Shown: positions 47,360 to 57,741 of the stretch, piece by piece
How positions within the stretch are numbered: position 1 is the stretch's first letter
Layout of the letters: the number at the start of each line of letters is the position of its first letter
NCBI GenBank assembly: GCA_024399615.1
Contig: JAKSNQ010000001.1
Location: forward strand, 6,154-70,153
DNA length: 64,000 bases
Reading direction: 5' to 3'
From: Paludibacteraceae bacterium
GTDB lineage: Bacteria; Bacteroidota; Bacteroidia; Bacteroidales; Paludibacteraceae
Made by a program: the position numbers and the translations under genes
The notes under the pieces: generated by a model
What the model was told of the DNA's origin: nothing
The model's database searches: none
What the model saw: only the letters and a program-made list of their open reading frames with translations

Positions 47360-48544
47360 ATGACCACCTATTCTCTTTCCGAATTCTTAAAAGCCATACA
47401 ATTTGTGGTACAGAACAGCATGCCTGATTTGTACTGGATTCGCGCAGAGGTCAGTAGTTTGTCGGCCAGGCAAAATGGCCATTGTTATATGGAGTTGGTG
47501 GAGACAGAACAGAACAAAGACCAATCGACAGCTATTTTTGCAGCTAAGGTGCGCGCCAATTGTTGGGCCAACAGATGGCATATGCTTAGTCTCATGTTCG
47601 AAGAAGTGACCGGACAATCACTTCATGTTGGCATGCAGATATTGGTGGCGGCAAAAGTGGACGTGCATCCTATTTATGGACTCAGCCTCACTATTGAGAA
47701 TATCGATCCCACCTTCACCTTAGGCGAATTGGCCAAGCAAAAACAGGAAACGCTCAAACAGCTCGAGCAGGATGGCATCATCGACATGCAGAAGTCCTTG
47801 CAGTTACCTACTCTGCCTCGCCGCATAGCTGTCATATCCTCTGATTCGGCTGCTGGTTATCAGGATTTTATCCACCAATTACAACAAAACGAATACCATT
47901 TCCGTTTCCACACCACACTTTTCGCAGCCACAATGCAAGGCGATTCCGCTCCTGCATCTATCATCAATGCACTTAATCATATCTACGACGAGACAAACGA
48001 AGGAATCCCGTACGACTGCGTGGTGCTCATTCGTGGTGGTGGTGCCGTCACCGACCTTTCATGCTTTGATCAATACGAACTGGCTGCCTACTGCGCACAG
48101 TTTCCCCTACCTGTCATCTCTGGCATTGGTCATACGCGTGATATCTCTGTCATCGATCGTGTTGCATTTGAGTCACTCAAAACGCCTACGGCCGTTGCCG
48201 AATATTTCATCGATATCCTTGTAAATCAACTCAATCACATTGACGATTTGACCAATCGTCTGCACGAGACAGCCAGTCGATTCATATTGCTTCGCAGCAA
48301 CGTCATCGACCGCATACAAATGCGCCTGCAAATGGCATTTCAATCCCATCTGCAGGCACAAACCAGTAACCTGAATATTATAGAAAAAACGATCCTACTC
48401 CACTCACCCGAGCGCATTTTTAGAATGGGCTACTCGCTCACGCGTTCAAACGGAGTCATCGTTCGCGATGTCACGCAACTCCGGTCTGGTGACATACTCG
48501 TCACCAATCTTGCCAACGGCACTATCGAATCCGTTGTCCGGTGA
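47360..48544 (+). CDS. xseA: exodeoxyribonuclease VII large subunit
   Basis: 394 aa. N-terminal OB-fold region (YWIRAEVSS), catalytic core with IRGGGA and GIGHTRD motifs. Confidence 0.88.
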   Translation: MTTYSLSEFLKAIQFVVQNSMPDLYWIRAEVSSLSARQNGHCYMELVETEQNKDQSTAIFAAKVRANCWANRWHMLSLMFEEVTGQSLHVGMQILVAAKVDVHPIYGLSLTIENIDPTFTLGELAKQKQETLKQLEQDGIIDMQKSLQLPTLPRRIAVISSDSAAGYQDFIHQLQQNEYHFRFHTTLFAATMQGDSAPASIINALNHIYDETNEGIPYDCVVLIRGGGAVTDLSCFDQYELAAYCAQFPLPVISGIGHTRDISVIDRVAFESLKTPTAVAEYFIDILVNQLNHIDDLTNRLHETASRFILLRSNVIDRIQMRLQMAFQSHLQAQTSNLNIIEKTILLHSPERIFRMGYSLTRSNGVIVRDVTQLRSGDILVTNLANGTIESVVR

Positions 48545-50261
48545 CGTTAAAATGCGATTCGCCACGAATGATGACCATTTGCCCGTCTATGATACATTTG
48601 GTGGCAAGTGGTGTTGCCTCTGTCTCTATCGTTTGAGTGGCCGTTGGTGCAGTTCCTTCTCCCCATTGACTGTATAGCCAATTGACACGATTCTGCAGAC
48701 GATTCCAGAAATCCTGCTCTTTCCGTGTCATGTTATTGGCGGTCTGCACGTTGGTTCCTTGCCAACGCACAGCATCATATATCGCCGCCTCGCTATACGC
48801 ATTGGCAAGCGCCTGTATCTCAACCCTAAGCGTAGGATAGATATTGTGATAAAACACATACCATTGGCGCTTCAACTCGGATTGAAAGGATGGGAAAGAT
48901 GCAATCTGGCCAATCCAAATCTGCGAGAAAGAGGGACCATCGTAGATAAATCGATTGGCGTTACGATGAAAACTGTTGCCAAAATCCCATACGGGACCAA
49001 AATACCATTTCGATTGTGCGCCATTGGAATCGATATCCTTGTAAAGATAGCAACTGCCATGATACGACTCTGTGTCTTCCATTATCTCCTGCACAAGGTA
49101 ATATTTCACGGCCTCGGTCAGGTCCACCTGTTGTTCCCAATGCACCGAAGTGGACTCATAGAACACACTGTTCAATCCGTCAATTTGCGAAATGATATAG
49201 GAACGTTGCGCAGACGATAACACTTCGGGTGACTTCATCGTAATCATAGCCGACTCGCCATTTCCCTCGGTGAAACAATATGTGTTGACATCCATATAGT
49301 TATCAATCTCAACCAACCAGCCGCCTGTAATCGAATCGGCATGACTTGTCATGTCCTCCTGTCCTGTGATATTGACGCGATTATTATCTACACGAATAGT
49401 CTCTGTTAACATATACAAGCCCATATATTCACCATTCAGCATCAGTTCCACAGGCACATAAGAGGGGGTCCATCGCAGGCCTATGCGTTTGCTGAGCAGG
49501 TAGCCCACAGGGTTGCGCAAGAAACCCAGATTGTCATCTGCTGAAGCCATCAAAGCCCAGTGTTTGTTCTTACCCATGTCCAATACATTTTGCTTGCTAC
49601 TGAACTTAATCTTGTATGGTTTCTTTCCAAAACCTGTCCATGTATAATTACCTCTGCCTCGTATGCCTAATACCACAGGGTTCTCGATTGAGCCCAGCGA
49701 AGCGTAACCACTCAAACCACGGTTATCAATATAACCCGTGGCATTGACATAGTTCTCTTTGTCCAATATCGGCGCACCATTCTCGGTATTAATAAATACG
49801 ACTGGCAAGGTCCCACTATATGGTTCAGGATCAGGACCCTCATCTTGCTGATGGTCATAGTAGGCTGCCTCTGCATAGCGATTAGCAGCAAACTGCCCCG
49901 TCACGCATAGCGAGTCACCCTCCATCATCTGGAAAATTAGTGTTTGACGACTTGATAAACTGAAACAAATATTCCAATGATCATTGGGCATTCCTTTCAC
50001 TTCACGTGGCGTACACATATATGACAACTGCTCCGCATCGGCACTCCAGTCCCACGAGCCATTCGTCACCTTACACATATAGTCACCCGATGACAGTGTG
50101 ATTTGCAAGCGGTTGCCCGAGAATCGGTAACGGCTGTCTTGTGGATCCCAGTTATTGAAGGTGCCACACAAGTAGTAGTCCGCGCGTCCCATTACACACG
50201 CACACACACATAATACTACTAATAAGGTGCGCAAAAACAACTGTAACCGAGAACCATGCAT
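48522..50261 (-). CDS. CotH kinase-family protein with N-terminal CBM-like module and T9SS-type C-terminal motif
   Basis: KKPYKIKFSSKQNVLDMGKNKHWALMASADDNLGFLRNPVGYLLSKRIGL is typical of CotH. N-terminus YYLCGTFNNWD...VTNGSWDWS. C-terminus KCIIDGQMVIIRGESHFNVTGQRIR. Confidence 0.78.
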   Translation of the reverse strand: MHGSRLQLFLRTLLVVLCVCACVMGRADYYLCGTFNNWDPQDSRYRFSGNRLQITLSSGDYMCKVTNGSWDWSADAEQLSYMCTPREVKGMPNDHWNICFSLSSRQTLIFQMMEGDSLCVTGQFAANRYAEAAYYDHQQDEGPDPEPYSGTLPVVFINTENGAPILDKENYVNATGYIDNRGLSGYASLGSIENPVVLGIRGRGNYTWTGFGKKPYKIKFSSKQNVLDMGKNKHWALMASADDNLGFLRNPVGYLLSKRIGLRWTPSYVPVELMLNGEYMGLYMLTETIRVDNNRVNITGQEDMTSHADSITGGWLVEIDNYMDVNTYCFTEGNGESAMITMKSPEVLSSAQRSYIISQIDGLNSVFYESTSVHWEQQVDLTEAVKYYLVQEIMEDTESYHGSCYLYKDIDSNGAQSKWYFGPVWDFGNSFHRNANRFIYDGPSFSQIWIGQIASFPSFQSELKRQWYVFYHNIYPTLRVEIQALANAYSEAAIYDAVRWQGTNVQTANNMTRKEQDFWNRLQNRVNWLYSQWGEGTAPTATQTIETEATPLATKCIIDGQMVIIRGESHFNVTGQRIR

Positions 50262-50282
50262 TGTGAACTACCCCGCCGTCAA

Positions 50283-52034
50283 TTAAAACAACCACTTCAC
50301 GCCCATCAGGCAGTTTGCTCGCTGAGCCTCATATCCATAGTAGGTAAAATAACTCAGTTTAGGTGTCCAAGCCAGATAATTGTTCAACTGAACAAACACC
50401 GACAACCATTTATCAATGCTATACTGCGCACCCAGATTGAGGTTGAACATTGGACGCAATTCGTAGGATTCATAATTATTCGTTTGCAACTCATACACGC
50501 AGGCATGGCGCTTACCGGCAAAACGATTGTCGCTGTAGAGTGACCATTTCTCGTCAATTTTTCCTTCTATACGAAGATGGGCCTCCCAAGAAGGTTCATC
50601 AAAGATAACGCCTTCCAGATCACCTATCTTGGAGTCCTTTACAGGCATACGAAGGGCATAATGACCACCGGCACTCACCAAAAGGACGTCACGATAGTGA
50701 TAATGTAAATCGGCTCCAAATCTGGCAATTTGAACATTTTGTAATTCGTGCTCAAACAGACCATACCGCTCTCTTCCAAACACGTTCACATGATGATCCA
50801 GAGTCAAAGCATATCTCGCATACAGGTCAATCAGGAGGGTCTTGTAAGGACGAATTTTCAAACCAAGAGATGCATCAATCGGAGTATATTCACCTGATAA
50901 CGTATCCGTAAACAAACAACCCAACGCACGATAACGATTTTCCTCATACTCGCCTTGTGCACCGCCTGAACTGTAGTTTCCGACGGCCGAGCCATAGATC
51001 GCTAACCAATTCTTATGCGTCAACTGTGCCTCTGCATATACGTTTGGAGAGATACCTGCCAATCTGCCACGACCTATCGAAAAATCAGCGTTCACTCCGG
51101 CATGCACCATCCAACGCTCACCATCATACTGATAGTATGGTTCAAAATGAAGACTATGATTCGTGCTTGTTTCAATTGACGCATCATTTACTGTATATAG
51201 TCGATTCTGAATATCCAAATTCAAACCTGCATGATGATTACGTATCTCATAATCAAATATTCCCTTAGTATGAATCTGATGCTCTGCTGCATAATCAGGC
51301 GCGATAAAGGCCTCATATCCTGTCTCCAATTGATAATGGATTGGTGACTTCATCGTGCCTTTTACGCCTACATGCGCATTTGCTTTCCAGATAACCTGAC
51401 GCATCGTCGAGTCCACATTCATCAGACGATTCACCTCATACAATGAACTGTCCACTGCGGTGAAATAAGCACCATAGCGAGTGAAGAAGTCATTCGCACC
51501 ATTGGCGTTAAAATACAGTTCCAATGGTTGAAACTGCTTACGTATGTCCACTCCAATCTGACTTTCAGAGAGAGCCTTGAGTCCCCACTGTGCCTGGTGA
51601 TCGGCATACACAAGCATGGAAAAATCACCTGTTGTACGCGCATTTTTACGTTTGGGTTGCAGTTGGTGATCGGTGAGCAGGTAGCCGAAATTCAGTAGCG
51701 TATTCTGATGTCCCACACCCGCTGTCAGTTGACCAAACAGCGGCTCGCGCTGACGGAAATAAAGGGGTGAGAATGCCAAGCGAGACAAAGTAAAGTCGTT
51801 GGTCAATGCCTGACTATAGGTAGAATACTCGGGGGGTTGCTGCTGGTGTTGCGGATCAAACGAATAGGGCTTGACCTGCAATTTGCCAGCCGACTGAATA
51901 GTAGGTTGGTACTCACGCTCCACGACTACCGTGCGGTCTGCTACAGTCGAGTCGTTCACTTGGTGGGTTTGTGCTTGCGCACTTGAGGCGATGTATATCA
52001 GCCCCAAAAGGGTGGTGAATATAATTTTTCGCAT
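50283..52034 (-). CDS. hypothetical outer-membrane beta-barrel protein
   Basis: Signal peptide (IYIASSAQAQ), alternating hydrophobic/aromatic strands, terminal ...GVKWLF aromatic residue. Confidence 0.62.
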   Translation of the reverse strand: MRKIIFTTLLGLIYIASSAQAQTHQVNDSTVADRTVVVEREYQPTIQSAGKLQVKPYSFDPQHQQQPPEYSTYSQALTNDFTLSRLAFSPLYFRQREPLFGQLTAGVGHQNTLLNFGYLLTDHQLQPKRKNARTTGDFSMLVYADHQAQWGLKALSESQIGVDIRKQFQPLELYFNANGANDFFTRYGAYFTAVDSSLYEVNRLMNVDSTMRQVIWKANAHVGVKGTMKSPIHYQLETGYEAFIAPDYAAEHQIHTKGIFDYEIRNHHAGLNLDIQNRLYTVNDASIETSTNHSLHFEPYYQYDGERWMVHAGVNADFSIGRGRLAGISPNVYAEAQLTHKNWLAIYGSAVGNYSSGGAQGEYEENRYRALGCLFTDTLSGEYTPIDASLGLKIRPYKTLLIDLYARYALTLDHHVNVFGRERYGLFEHELQNVQIARFGADLHYHYRDVLLVSAGGHYALRMPVKDSKIGDLEGVIFDEPSWEAHLRIEGKIDEKWSLYSDNRFAGKRHACVYELQTNNYESYELRPMFNLNLGAQYSIDKWLSVFVQLNNYLAWTPKLSYFTYYGYEAQRANCLMGVKWLF

Positions 52035-52106
52035 GTCTTCTCGTTTTGGAGTGTTCTAAAAGTTAGGAGATACCCAAACAATTGTTAAAGGATATTAGAA
52101 CACCCC

Positions 52107-54956
52107 TTATAGTTGTGCTTGCAATATTGCCAGTTTCTCGTTAATAGTTGTCTGAATATCATCAGCAGCACGGTAGTTGGCCTGCAAAGTAAGCAGGTAC
52201 TGTTCGGCCTGATAGCTGTCACCACGGCTGACATAGATATCGCTCAGCAAAATGAACGCCTTGGCCAGCCAGTACTGCTGACTCGTTTTCATACTGGCAA
52301 ATGACATGATTTCGTTTTCTGCCTCCTCCAGCATATTTCTGCGATACATTCCTTCGGCTATCAAATATTTTGCCTCTGCCTCCGTCGCCGTGCGCACTTC
52401 TTGAGTCAGAAGTCTGAAGTCTTTTTCTGCTTGGGCATATTCGCCACCTGAGTACAATGTCTTCCCACGAGCGAAGAGGGCCTCAGCACGTGTCTGCTCG
52501 TCGCTGGTTGGCTCCTCTATCAGCTGAGTTGCCACCTCTTTGATTACAGCAAATTGCTGCAATGGTTGAGCGCAACGCAAGATGCCCAATCGCGCAATGT
52601 GAGTGTTCTTGGCCGAAGTAGCATGCTGCTGCAATCCTTGGAAATAGCCCAATGCAGCCACATAGTCAGGCTGGTCGTATGCCAACTCGGCTGCATGCAG
52701 TAGAGCATTCTCCTGATATGGGCTGTTTTCCCGTGTAGTCAAAGTAGCAAACTGCTGTAAAGCGGCATTTTTGTTGCCTTGCATGTACTGTAGTTCTGCC
52801 GCTACATATGCCAGTGAGTCCGCCTTGATGGCAGAAGTCTGTACATGATCCAACGTCTGTACAAAAGCCACATATTCGTTCACCTGATTAGTCTCCACAT
52901 AACACATTTCCAATCCTTCCAGTGCCGCACGACACTCGTCAGTACCTGGGTATTGCCTTACTACCGCTTTATAGAATGTGATAGCATCGCTGTATTGGTG
53001 CTTATTGTAGTAAAGCATAGCTTTCTCAAGCGAAGCCTTGCGAGTCAAGGGGGATTGAGGATAGATTTTTAGCAGACGATCATATGCCTCGATGGCCTTA
53101 TCGTTGTTCTCACGTTGCAGTTCGGCACGCGCAATCTCATAAATGGCCTGATCGGCATACGGACTCGTGGGGTAAGTTTTTACCAGCTGATTCAGCACGT
53201 TCACTTTCTCACCATACCGTTTCTGCAAACCCAATACATAGCCGCGCTGGAAAGTAGCGTAGTCTGCACCCGTTTGGCCCTGCTGAGCGGCCTTGGCATA
53301 ATAGGATTCCGCCTGAGCGAACTGGCGTTGCGAGAAGTAGCAATCACCTATGCGATTGAGAGCATCTGCATAAAGCGCAGGCTGAGTACGCAACTCATCG
53401 GCTGCGGCCAGGAACGATTGCTGAGCGGCCGGATAGGCCTTCTTTTGAAAATAAACATATCCTTCTAGGTATTTTGCCTGCACGTAATTCTGGCTGACTG
53501 ACGCATTGTCTTGCAGCATAAAGCGACCGATGCTTTCCTCTGCCTTGTCATAGTTCCCAAGGCGGAAATAACTCTCTGCACGCAAGTAAAGAGCCTCGGT
53601 CAGGTAAGTGCGGTTCTCTTGCGAAACACGCAATAAAGGCGCTGTTGCATTGCTGATGACCTGCTCAAAATAACTATTGGCATCCTGCAGACGGTTCTGT
53701 AGGAAATAATCCAAACCTATTTGATAACGCAAGTATTGTTTAGCCTCCAGCAAACGTTGAGTAGGAGGATTGATTTTCTCCAGAGCATCCAGGGCTGCAT
53801 TGTAATTCTTTGATTGAATCAAAGCATCCGACATCAACGTGTAAATCTCATTGCTGTGTTTAGAGTTCGGATAAGCACTCACAAAGTCACTGAATGCATT
53901 TATGCTCTCGCCCAAAGCAGTCGATGACTCATAGGTCGTCAGCGTATAGTTATACATCGCTTCCTCCGTAATCTTAGGCAGGTAGTTCATGCGCATTGCT
54001 GCCGCATAGCATTGTTGTGCCTGTTGGATAGCATTCTTGTCATTTTTGGTCTGCAGGTAAGCATTGCCCATATGGTATTGAGCAGACTGGCTCAGCGAAT
54101 CTTTTCGTTGCTGAGGAACACGCTTCAGGTAAGTGATGGCGCTGGAGTACTGTTGGGTCTGGTAGTAGGACATTCCCAGTAGATAGAGGTCCTCACGAAC
54201 CATCTGTTTCTTCTCCTCCAATGTCTTTTCCTCATATTGGCGCAACTGCTGGATGGCGGATGCGTACTGCCCACGCTTGTAGTATATCTCACCCATAAGG
54301 CGATACAACTCCGACGAATGAGGATTCGCTGGGTCTTCTTCCAGCAAGGCCTTCGACCGACTCATCACCTCATCATATTTCTTCTGAGCATAGTGAATCT
54401 GTATGATATAATACGGTGCAATACGACGATAGGCCGAGGTCTGCTCCGCAAACAGAAAATCGGGTAGTGCTTCCTCATAATGTCCTTGCACATACTGGCT
54501 GTAAGCATAGTAGTAGCGCGACTGCATGTAGTATGGACTTTCCTCCTTCTGACGCAAACGATGGAACATGTCCGCAGCTTCTTCCGGTTCGTCTAACTGC
54601 AAGTGACAGTATCCTTTGTAGAAAATACACATGTCTTCATGCTGGCGAAACAGGTCCTTAAACACGACCTTATTCAGTTCGCGACGCGCTGCCTGATAGC
54701 GACCCTTCTCTGTTAGCAATACGCCTTGCATCAGGTGCACCTCGGTAGCATATGGAGTGTATGGGTAGCTACTGATATGTTCTTGAAGCAGCACAAGCGC
54801 TTTCTCCTGACGCAATTCAAACGCTTCGGCGGCTTGTGTAAACGCTGTTTCGATAACTGCGACAGACGACGCATTGGGCGTTTCCGCATGCGCCATACCC
54901 ATAACGAGGCTCATGCCTATCGCTAAAATTCCTATTTTTACGCTATTCATTGTCAT
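52107..54956 (-). CDS. large tetratricopeptide-repeat (TPR) protein, exported
   Basis: About 950 aa of repeated A-x-Y/F-x-x-G/A TPR-like units (for example YYLLGMSYYQTQQYSSAITYLKR). Signal peptide MTMNSVKIGILAIGMSLVMGMAHA. Start set downstream of the promoter box. Confidence 0.78.
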   Translation of the reverse strand: MTMNSVKIGILAIGMSLVMGMAHAETPNASSVAVIETAFTQAAEAFELRQEKALVLLQEHISSYPYTPYATEVHLMQGVLLTEKGRYQAARRELNKVVFKDLFRQHEDMCIFYKGYCHLQLDEPEEAADMFHRLRQKEESPYYMQSRYYYAYSQYVQGHYEEALPDFLFAEQTSAYRRIAPYYIIQIHYAQKKYDEVMSRSKALLEEDPANPHSSELYRLMGEIYYKRGQYASAIQQLRQYEEKTLEEKKQMVREDLYLLGMSYYQTQQYSSAITYLKRVPQQRKDSLSQSAQYHMGNAYLQTKNDKNAIQQAQQCYAAAMRMNYLPKITEEAMYNYTLTTYESSTALGESINAFSDFVSAYPNSKHSNEIYTLMSDALIQSKNYNAALDALEKINPPTQRLLEAKQYLRYQIGLDYFLQNRLQDANSYFEQVISNATAPLLRVSQENRTYLTEALYLRAESYFRLGNYDKAEESIGRFMLQDNASVSQNYVQAKYLEGYVYFQKKAYPAAQQSFLAAADELRTQPALYADALNRIGDCYFSQRQFAQAESYYAKAAQQGQTGADYATFQRGYVLGLQKRYGEKVNVLNQLVKTYPTSPYADQAIYEIARAELQRENNDKAIEAYDRLLKIYPQSPLTRKASLEKAMLYYNKHQYSDAITFYKAVVRQYPGTDECRAALEGLEMCYVETNQVNEYVAFVQTLDHVQTSAIKADSLAYVAAELQYMQGNKNAALQQFATLTTRENSPYQENALLHAAELAYDQPDYVAALGYFQGLQQHATSAKNTHIARLGILRCAQPLQQFAVIKEVATQLIEEPTSDEQTRAEALFARGKTLYSGGEYAQAEKDFRLLTQEVRTATEAEAKYLIAEGMYRRNMLEEAENEIMSFASMKTSQQYWLAKAFILLSDIYVSRGDSYQAEQYLLTLQANYRAADDIQTTINEKLAILQAQL

Positions 54957-54997
54957 ATGTTTCTTTCGCACGCGCATCTGCGCATACTTTTCCGCTG

Positions 54998-55005
54998 CAA
55001 AGGTA
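54998..55005 (-). promoter_or_regulatory. -7 box TACCTTTG for the TPR/barrel/CotH string (minus strand)
   Basis: Reverse complement of caaaggta. The -33 is CTTG-like (tgcaagaaaaat, the same sequence as at nadB). Confidence 0.5.
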
Positions 55006-55055
55006 CTAAGAATTTTTGGCATTTGCAAGAAAAATGCAATAATTTTGCCAATAAT

Positions 55056-55087
55056 TTTGCCTGTATGGCTTTTTTTTATTACCTTTG
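55056..55087 (+). promoter_or_regulatory. Bacteroidota-type promoter upstream of the GH20 gene
   Basis: TTTG 55056-55059, 20-nt spacer, TACCTTTG 55080-55087. Confidence 0.6.
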
Positions 55088-55200
55088 CAAACCAATTTTA
55101 GATTTTTGACAGGGTGTTCTGATTTCTATCAAGTAGAAAATAATTTTTCGTGAAACCTGTTTTAAAATACCCATACCATTTTCATCTCATACTGATACTT

Positions 55201-57654
55201 ATGAAACGCATCGCTTGTTTATGTTCAGTGATTCTTATGAGTCTCTTTTCTTTTTCTCTTGAAAACGTCTTATTGAACTCCGAAAAACAAGGAGTGCTAT
55301 CCCTCCATTGGCGTCTGGTGGCTAACGATATTACGATGGATGGTCAGCGCGGTTTGACCGAAAGCGAACTGACGCTTACCAACTATACCGATCACACTAT
55401 CACCGCAGATGGCAACTGGCTCATTGGTTACTGCTGGTCGTCCACCCATCCTTTCCATTACGAGGGTGAACAGCTGAGCGAGACAGAGGTGTGTGCCACA
55501 TATCACACGCTGAAACCAACGGCCGATTTTTTACCACTGGAGCCGGGCCAGTCACGCACTTTCCGACTCTTGCAACATGGAGCTATCATCCGTCAGTCAG
55601 CCGGACCCGAAGGTGCATTCTATGTAGCCGGACCGGATGCAAAGCCGATGCCGATACCGGTAACCGGCGAACCATTCACATCACCTGCTCAGTGGACACG
55701 CAACAATGGCATAGCCTATGCCGATGGCACATGGCTATACAACTACAACCAACCATACTGCACCTCCCTGACCGATGAGGACTTCCGTTTGCGGCCGCTC
55801 CATATCATGCCACAACCCAAACACGTCAACTGCCTCAAGGGAAAAGCCAACCTTGCTGCACCTGTGCGTTATCTACATGACGCCAATCTGCCCGAAGAGG
55901 GATATGTCCTCACGTTGCAACCTCGTCAAATCACCGTGACCAGTTCCACTCCCACAGGGCGTTTCTATGCAGAACAAACACTCGAGCGACTGCGCGAGAA
56001 CAACGAGCCACTCCCGGCTATGACCATAACCGACGCACCCGATCTGCCTCACCGCGGACTGATGCTCGATATCGCTCGCAATTTTACGCCTAAAGAGGAA
56101 ATCATGCGCATGCTTGACGCCATGGCAGCATACAAAATGAATGTACTCCATTTCCATATCGTCGATGACGAAGCATGGCGTATTGAAATTCCTGATTTAC
56201 CCGAATTGACCGAAGTGGGCAGTCGTCGTGGTTACACCACCGACGAGAGCCAGTGTCTCTACCCCGCCTATTGTGGCGGTGGCGATGCAGAAGCAGTTAC
56301 CACAGCCAATGGTTACCTGACACGTGCTGACTATATCGAAATCGTAACACATGCGCAGCAGCACCATATACGTGTCATTCCCGAGATTGAAATGCCGGGG
56401 CATGCGCGGGCAGCCATTCGTGCTATGGAAGCACGCTACCATCGTCTCCTGGATACCGACCCTGTTGCAGCCGAAGCCTACCGCCTTATTGACCCAAACG
56501 ACACTTCGCACTACTCCTCAGCACAATACTACACCGACAATGTGCTCTGCATCGCGCGCCCATCCACCTATCGTTTCGTAGAGAAAATTATCACCGAACT
56601 GGCAGCCATGCATCTTGAGGCGGGACAACCCATGCAGGTTGTGCACGTAGGAGGCGACGAAGTTGCCAATGGAGCATGGCTTGGATCGCCCATGTGCCAG
56701 GCTTTTATGGCGGAAAAAGGCATGACAGACACACACGAACTTAAAGACTATTTCTTGCAGCAGATACTCGCTTTCCTTCGCCCTATGGGCATCCAATTGG
56801 CCGGTTGGGAAGATGTGGTCATGCGCGGTAACGCTGTCAATCCTCGATTTGCAGACGATAGAGTGCTATCATGGTGCTGGAACAGTATTCCCGAGTGGCA
56901 AGGCGACGAGAAACCATACCGCTTGGCCAATGCCGGTTATCCTGTAGTCCTCGCATGTGTAGGAAACCTCTATATTGACATGTCTTATACCAATCACCAA
57001 GAGGAGCGTGGCCTCCATTGGGGTGGGTACACCGACGAACACAGTACCTTTGATTTCCTGCCATTTGATATCTATCGATCGGTACGATACACTATGCGGA
57101 GACAGCCTCGTGATCTTGAGGCATACGCACTATCCAAGGCTCCCGACGTCAACCTCTTGCCCGAAGCGCGAAAAAATATTCATGGCATCAATGGTCAGCT
57201 CTTTTCCGAGACCATTCGCAGCACACAGCAACTGGAGGAATATATATTTCCAAAATTGCAAGGACTCGCGGAACGTGGTTGGAACGCGACACCTGTCAGC
57301 CTTCTCAACAAAACCCAAAAAACGGATGTCGCTTCTGACAAGAGCCACTGGTTTGAGACCGAACGACTGGTTTTCTCACACCAGCTCTATCGCTACGAAC
57401 TGCCTCGCCTCAGCCGTTGGGGAATATCTTTCCACCTGCCGCAACCGGGTATTCGCATTGCAGAGGCGAACGTGGAAATCAACAGTCCCATCTCAGGTGC
57501 AGATGTACACTATACCACCGACGGCAGTCAACCTACCCTTCTGTCACCACGCTATCAGAAGCCCTTCCCCTATACGCCGGGATGCACCATTCGCGCCACT
57601 GTCTATTATCTCAACAAACAAAGCAACACCACCATCCTTATGCCACAAGACTGA
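55201..57654 (+). CDS. beta-N-acetylhexosaminidase (GH20)
   Basis: HRGLMLDIARNF, HFHIVDDEAWRIE, HVGGDEV. Start set at the MKRIACLCSVILMSLFSFS signal peptide. Confidence 0.9.
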   Translation: MKRIACLCSVILMSLFSFSLENVLLNSEKQGVLSLHWRLVANDITMDGQRGLTESELTLTNYTDHTITADGNWLIGYCWSSTHPFHYEGEQLSETEVCATYHTLKPTADFLPLEPGQSRTFRLLQHGAIIRQSAGPEGAFYVAGPDAKPMPIPVTGEPFTSPAQWTRNNGIAYADGTWLYNYNQPYCTSLTDEDFRLRPLHIMPQPKHVNCLKGKANLAAPVRYLHDANLPEEGYVLTLQPRQITVTSSTPTGRFYAEQTLERLRENNEPLPAMTITDAPDLPHRGLMLDIARNFTPKEEIMRMLDAMAAYKMNVLHFHIVDDEAWRIEIPDLPELTEVGSRRGYTTDESQCLYPAYCGGGDAEAVTTANGYLTRADYIEIVTHAQQHHIRVIPEIEMPGHARAAIRAMEARYHRLLDTDPVAAEAYRLIDPNDTSHYSSAQYYTDNVLCIARPSTYRFVEKIITELAAMHLEAGQPMQVVHVGGDEVANGAWLGSPMCQAFMAEKGMTDTHELKDYFLQQILAFLRPMGIQLAGWEDVVMRGNAVNPRFADDRVLSWCWNSIPEWQGDEKPYRLANAGYPVVLACVGNLYIDMSYTNHQEERGLHWGGYTDEHSTFDFLPFDIYRSVRYTMRRQPRDLEAYALSKAPDVNLLPEARKNIHGINGQLFSETIRSTQQLEEYIFPKLQGLAERGWNATPVSLLNKTQKTDVASDKSHWFETERLVFSHQLYRYELPRLSRWGISFHLPQPGIRIAEANVEINSPISGADVHYTTDGSQPTLLSPRYQKPFPYTPGCTIRATVYYLNKQSNTTILMPQD

Positions 57655-57683
57655 CCAACATCGGTGCACGAACACTATACCAT

Positions 57684-57729
57684 AAAAAAAGCTTCCCAAA
57701 GGATCATTTCCAAAGGGAAGTTTTTTTTT
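57684..57729. terminator. bidirectional intrinsic terminator between GH20 and the MATE gene
   Basis: A7 run, stem CTTCCC/GGGAAG around a 17-nt loop, T9 run. Confidence 0.55.
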
Positions 57730-57741
57730 AACTATCAACAC

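Noticed and set aside
48522-48544. 23-nt convergent overlap of the xseA and CotH 3' ends
   Set aside because: Short 3'-3' overlaps are common in compact genomes. No structure or extra signal was seen, so it is not informative by itself.
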